DNA of 64,000 nucleotides from NCBI RefSeq assembly GCF_054482595.1, contig NZ_CM137008.1; one strand, 5' to 3'. Shown piece by piece: positions 60,071 to 64,000 of this stretch (position 1 is its first letter; each line of letters starts with the position of its first letter). The notes under the pieces were generated by a model. It saw only the letters and a program-made list of their open reading frames with translations, ran no database searches and was not told where the DNA came from. The position numbers and the translations under genes were made by a program.

Positions 60071-60895
60071 ATGAAAAAGGTCGCAATTGTCGGGTTAGGG
60101 TGGTTAGGCATGCCGCTGGCGATGTCACTTTCAGCGCGAGGCTGGCAAGTCACCGGGAGTAAAACCACACAAGATGGTGTCGAAGCGGCCCGAATGAGTG
60201 GCATTGATAGCTATCTGCTTCGCATGGAGCCTGAGTTAGTTTGCAATTCTGACGATCTGGATGCCCTGATGGATGCCGATGCACTGGTCATTACGCTTCC
60301 GGCACGTCGTAGCGGCTCCGGCGATGAGTTCTATTTACAAGCGGTACAAGAGTTAGTGGATAGCGCGCTGGCCCATCGTATTCCCCGAATTATTTTTACC
60401 AGCTCAACATCTGTCTATGGCGACGCGCAAGGCACGGTGAAAGAAACCACCCCGCGTAATCCGGTAACCAACAGTGGACGAGTATTAGAAGAACTCGAAG
60501 ACTGGCTGCACAATTTACCCGGTACTTCGGTCGATATTCTGCGTCTTGCGGGGCTGGTCGGACCGGGACGTCATCCCGGACGCTTCTTTGCCGGAAAAAC
60601 CGCGCCTGATGGTGAACATGGTGTTAATTTAGTCCATTTAGAAGATGTTATTGGCGCTATCACTCTGTTGTTACAGGCACCTAAAGGCGGACACATCTAT
60701 AATATATGTGCGCCAGCTCACCCTGCGCGTAATGTTTTCTATCCGCAGATGGCCCGTTTACTGGGGCTGGAACCTCCGCAGTTCAGAAATAGTCTGGACA
60801 GCGGCAAAGGTAAGATTATTGATGGCAGTCGGATTTGTAATGAACTGGGGTTTGAATACCAGTATCCCGATCCGCTGGTAATGCCGCTGGAGTAA
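60071..60895 (+). CDS. yeeZ: NAD(P)-binding epimerase-family protein YeeZ
   Basis: 274-aa ORF; Rossmann VAIVGLGWLG. Confidence 0.85.
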   Translation: MKKVAIVGLGWLGMPLAMSLSARGWQVTGSKTTQDGVEAARMSGIDSYLLRMEPELVCNSDDLDALMDADALVITLPARRSGSGDEFYLQAVQELVDSALAHRIPRIIFTSSTSVYGDAQGTVKETTPRNPVTNSGRVLEELEDWLHNLPGTSVDILRLAGLVGPGRHPGRFFAGKTAPDGEHGVNLVHLEDVIGAITLLLQAPKGGHIYNICAPAHPARNVFYPQMARLLGLEPPQFRNSLDSGKGKIIDGSRICNELGFEYQYPDPLVMPLE

Positions 60896-60940
60896 ACGAT
60901 CACGCCAGCAGGACGCCGCATACACTGCAAGGGGGCGTGT

Positions 60941-61870
60941 ATGAAACCACTGCTGGATGTGTTGATGATCCTCGATGCCTTAGAAAAAGAAGGCAGTTTT
61001 GCGGCGGCGTCGGCCAAACTCTATAAGACGCCGTCCGCTCTGAGTTACACCGTTCACAAGCTGGAAAGCGACCTTAATATTCAATTGCTTGATCGTAGCG
61101 GTCACCGCGCTAAATTCACCCGTACCGGAAAAATGTTATTAGAGAAAGGGCGGGAAGTTCTGCATACCGTGCGGGAACTGGAAAAGCAGGCGATCAAACT
61201 GCATGAAGGCTGGGAAAACGAGCTGGTGATTGGCGTGGACGACACGTTTCCTTTTTCTCTGCTTGCGCCACTGATTGAAGCTTTTTATCAACATCATAGC
61301 GTGACGCGCCTGAAGTTTATCAATGGCGTACTCGGTGGTTCCTGGGATGCCCTGACTCAGGGGCGAGCGGATATTATTGTTGGCGCGATGCATGAGCCAC
61401 CATCTTCCAGTGAGTTTGGTTTCTCGCGGTTGGGCGATCTGGAACAAGTCTTTGCGGTCGTGCCTCATCATCCGTTAGCCCTGGAAGAAGAACCGTTAAA
61501 CCGTCGTATCATTAAACGATATCGGGCGATTGTGGTGGGGGACACTGCACAGGCCGGCGCTTCTACGGCCTCACAACTTCTCGACGAACAAGAAGCCATT
61601 ACCGTTTTCGATTTTAAAACCAAGCTGGAGCTGCAAATTAGCGGCCTTGGCTGCGGCTATTTACCCCGTTATCTGGCGCAACGTTTTCTCGATAGTGGCG
61701 CGTTAATCGAGAAGAAAGTAGTCGCCCAAACTCTCTTTGAACCCGTCTGGATTGGCTGGAACGAACAGACCGCAGGGCTTGCCAGCGGCTGGTGGCGAGA
61801 TGAAATTTTAGCAAATAGTGCGATCGCCGGTGTTTATGCAAAATCTGATGACGGAAAATCAGCCATTTAA
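60941..61870 (+). CDS. yeeY: LysR-family transcriptional regulator
   Basis: 309-aa ORF; N-terminal HTH typical of LysR regulators. Confidence 0.85.
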   Translation: MKPLLDVLMILDALEKEGSFAAASAKLYKTPSALSYTVHKLESDLNIQLLDRSGHRAKFTRTGKMLLEKGREVLHTVRELEKQAIKLHEGWENELVIGVDDTFPFSLLAPLIEAFYQHHSVTRLKFINGVLGGSWDALTQGRADIIVGAMHEPPSSSEFGFSRLGDLEQVFAVVPHHPLALEEEPLNRRIIKRYRAIVVGDTAQAGASTASQLLDEQEAITVFDFKTKLELQISGLGCGYLPRYLAQRFLDSGALIEKKVVAQTLFEPVWIGWNEQTAGLASGWWRDEILANSAIAGVYAKSDDGKSAI

Positions 61871-61958
61871 AGAAAAATTATTATGACAAGCCTCTCATTC
61901 TCTTGTCATTTCCCCCCCATTTAGGCACAATGCGCCGCTGTCAAAAAATGACTAAAAA

Positions 61959-61989
61959 CCGACGTTTCATCAGCGTCGGTTATTTTTTG
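61959..61989 (+). terminator. Rho-independent terminator after yeeY
   Basis: ccgacg / cgtcgg stem with 9-nt loop, followed by ttattttttg. Confidence 0.6.
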
Positions 61990-62136
61990 CTTCAAACCAA
62001 TCATTCATACCAAGAGGCCGGGCTTCGTACCGGATAGATATTTACTAAAAATCGACAGTTGTTGTCGCTGAGGAATCCAAAAAAATGGGGCAATTTTTTG
62101 CTTACGCGACGGTTATCACCGTAAAGGAGAATGACC

Positions 62137-63495
62137 ATGTCGCATAACGTTACTCCAAACACCTCTCGCGTGGAATTGCGTAAAACGCTTACGTTAGTTC
62201 CGGTTGTAATGATGGGTCTTGCCTATATGCAGCCGATGACGCTGTTTGATACATTTGGTATCGTTTCAGGCCTCACGGATGGTCATGTGCCGACAGCCTA
62301 TGCGTTCGCATTGATTGCGATCCTGTTTACGGCTCTGAGCTACGGGAAGCTGGTTCGCCGCTATCCTTCTGCTGGCTCTGCATACACTTACGCCCAGAAA
62401 TCCATTAGCCCGACTGTCGGCTTTATGGTGGGTTGGTCTTCTCTGCTCGACTATCTGTTCGCGCCGATGATCAACATTCTGCTGGCGAAAATCTATTTTG
62501 AAGCTCTGGTGCCTTCCATCCCATCGTGGATGTTTGTGGTGGCGCTGGTGGCCTTTATGACCGCCTTTAACCTGCGTAGTCTGAAATCCGTAGCGAACTT
62601 CAACACTGTAATCGTCGTGTTGCAGGTAGTGCTGATCGCGGTGATTCTGGGCATGGTTGTTTATGGCGTATTTGAAGGTGAAGGCGCGGGTACGCTGGCG
62701 AGCACTCGTCCGTTCTGGTCTGGCGATGCGCATGTTATCCCGATGATTACCGGGGCGACAATCCTGTGCTTCTCCTTTACCGGCTTTGACGGCATCAGCA
62801 ACCTGTCGGAAGAAACCAAAGATGCAGAGCGCGTGATCCCGCGTGCGATTTTCCTGACCGCGCTGATTGGCGGCATGATCTTCATCTTTGCAACTTACTT
62901 CCTGCAGCTGTACTTCCCGGATATCTCTCGCTTTAAAGATCCGGATGCGTCACAGCCTGAAATCATGCTGTACGTTGCGGGTAAAGCGTTCCAGGTTGGC
63001 GCGCTGATCTTCTCCACCATTACCGTACTGGCGTCCGGTATGGCGGCGCATGCAGGCGTAGCGCGTCTGATGTACGTAATGGGGCGTGACGGTGTGTTCC
63101 CGAAAAGCTTCTTCGGTTATGTACACCCGAAATGGCGTACTCCGGCGATGAACATCATCCTGGTTGGCGCGATTGCCCTGCTGGCAATCAACTTCGACCT
63201 GGTAATGGCTACGGCGCTGATTAACTTTGGTGCGTTGGTGGCGTTCACCTTCGTTAACCTGTCGGTTATCTCGCAGTTCTGGATCCGTGAGAAGCGTAAC
63301 AAGACGCTGAAAGATCACTTCCAGTATCTGTTCCTGCCGATGTGTGGTGCGCTGACCGTTGGTGCGCTGTGGGTTAACCTGGAAGAAAGCTCAATGGTTC
63401 TGGGTCTGATCTGGGCTGCTATCGGTCTGATTTACCTGGCTTGCGTCACCAAGAGCTTCCGTAACCCGGTTCCGCAGTACGAAGACGTAGCATAA
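62137..63495 (+). CDS. plaP: Putrescine importer (APC-family amino acid/polyamine permease)
   Basis: 452 aa from ATG at 62137 (better spacing to the AAGGAGA RBS than the ATG at 62131); polytopic. Confidence 0.9.
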   Translation: MSHNVTPNTSRVELRKTLTLVPVVMMGLAYMQPMTLFDTFGIVSGLTDGHVPTAYAFALIAILFTALSYGKLVRRYPSAGSAYTYAQKSISPTVGFMVGWSSLLDYLFAPMINILLAKIYFEALVPSIPSWMFVVALVAFMTAFNLRSLKSVANFNTVIVVLQVVLIAVILGMVVYGVFEGEGAGTLASTRPFWSGDAHVIPMITGATILCFSFTGFDGISNLSEETKDAERVIPRAIFLTALIGGMIFIFATYFLQLYFPDISRFKDPDASQPEIMLYVAGKAFQVGALIFSTITVLASGMAAHAGVARLMYVMGRDGVFPKSFFGYVHPKWRTPAMNIILVGAIALLAINFDLVMATALINFGALVAFTFVNLSVISQFWIREKRNKTLKDHFQYLFLPMCGALTVGALWVNLEESSMVLGLIWAAIGLIYLACVTKSFRNPVPQYEDVA

Positions 63496-63514
63496 TCATC
63501 TTTTCTAATAATCA

Positions 63515-63551
63515 ACCGGAGTCGAATGAATATTTGGCTCCGGTTTTTTTA
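63515..63551 (+). terminator. Putative terminator after plaP
   Basis: accggag / ctccggt stem with long loop, followed by TTTTTTT. Confidence 0.45.
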
Positions 63552-63673
63552 TTCTTTTTTATCGAAATCCTCATTAATAACCATTTGTTCTAATTTAGAG
63601 AATTTGGTTATTGGTCTGCATTCCACCAGTCATGAATAATTTCCTCATTAACATTCATCTGGTTAATTAATTT

Positions 63674-64000
63674 ATGTTTTCAATGATATTAAGCGGGCTA
63701 ATTTGTGGTGCTCTGCTGGGATTTGTCATGCAGCGTGGGCGTTTTTGCCTGACAGGTGGTTTTCGCGATATGTATATCGCGAAAAATAATCGCATGTTTT
63801 ACGCCCTGCTGATTGCAATTTCGGTACAAAGCGTGGGGGTTTTTGCGTTAATTCAGGCGGGCCTACTGACTTACGAAGCCGGGGCGTTCCCGTGGCTTGG
63901 TACTGTTATAGGTGGGTATCTTTTCGGGCTGGGAATTGTTCTGGCGGGTGGATGTGCCACCGGGACCTGGTATCGCGCGGGTGAGGGATTGATCGGCAGT
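63674..64000 (+). CDS. yeeE: YeeE/YedE-family inner-membrane transporter (thiosulfate uptake type), 5' part only
   Basis: Open frame to the window end; MFSMILSGLICGALLGFVMQRGRFCLTGGFRD with conserved Cys-containing motif. Confidence 0.8.
   Translation, partial: MFSMILSGLICGALLGFVMQRGRFCLTGGFRDMYIAKNNRMFYALLIAISVQSVGVFALIQAGLLTYEAGAFPWLGTVIGGYLFGLGIVLAGGCATGTWYRAGEGLIGS

Overview
This window is the Escherichia coli chromosomal region running from yegL to yeeE, in reverse orientation relative to the K-12 map (his operon on the minus strand). Identifications rest on recognising the translated ORFs and motifs from memory; no database search was run. Order of content: (1) the tail of yegL, then yegK (PP2C phosphatase), yegJ and yegI (Ser/Thr kinase-like with C-terminal helix-hairpin-helix), a vWA/phosphatase/kinase module that is conserved but functionally obscure; (2) housekeeping genes yegD, alkA, dgcE(yegE), udk, dcd, asmA, yegH; (3) a complete 19-gene colanic acid cluster wza-wzb-wzc-wcaABCDEF-gmd-fcl-gmm-wcaI-cpsB-cpsG-wcaJ-wzxC-wcaKLM, preceded by a JUMPStart/ops element; (4) gne(gnu)-galF, then an AT-rich Wzx/Wzy-dependent O-antigen cluster of six genes (wzx, two GT2, wzy, a Stealth-family hexose-1-phosphate transferase, one GT2) that is not the K-12 O16 rfb cluster; (5) gnd, an IS200-like element whose tnpA carries an in-frame TGA at codon 25, ugd, wzzB; (6) the his operon hisLGDCBHAFI with its attenuator; (7) yefM-yoeB toxin-antitoxin, yeeZ, yeeY, plaP(yeeF) and the start of yeeE. 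REP/BIME repeats sit in several intergenic gaps. No CRISPR array, tRNA or rRNA was seen. The most interesting parts are the O-antigen cluster with its Stealth phosphotransferase (predicting a phosphodiester-containing O-unit), the interrupted IS200, and the yegL-yegK-yegJ-yegI module.
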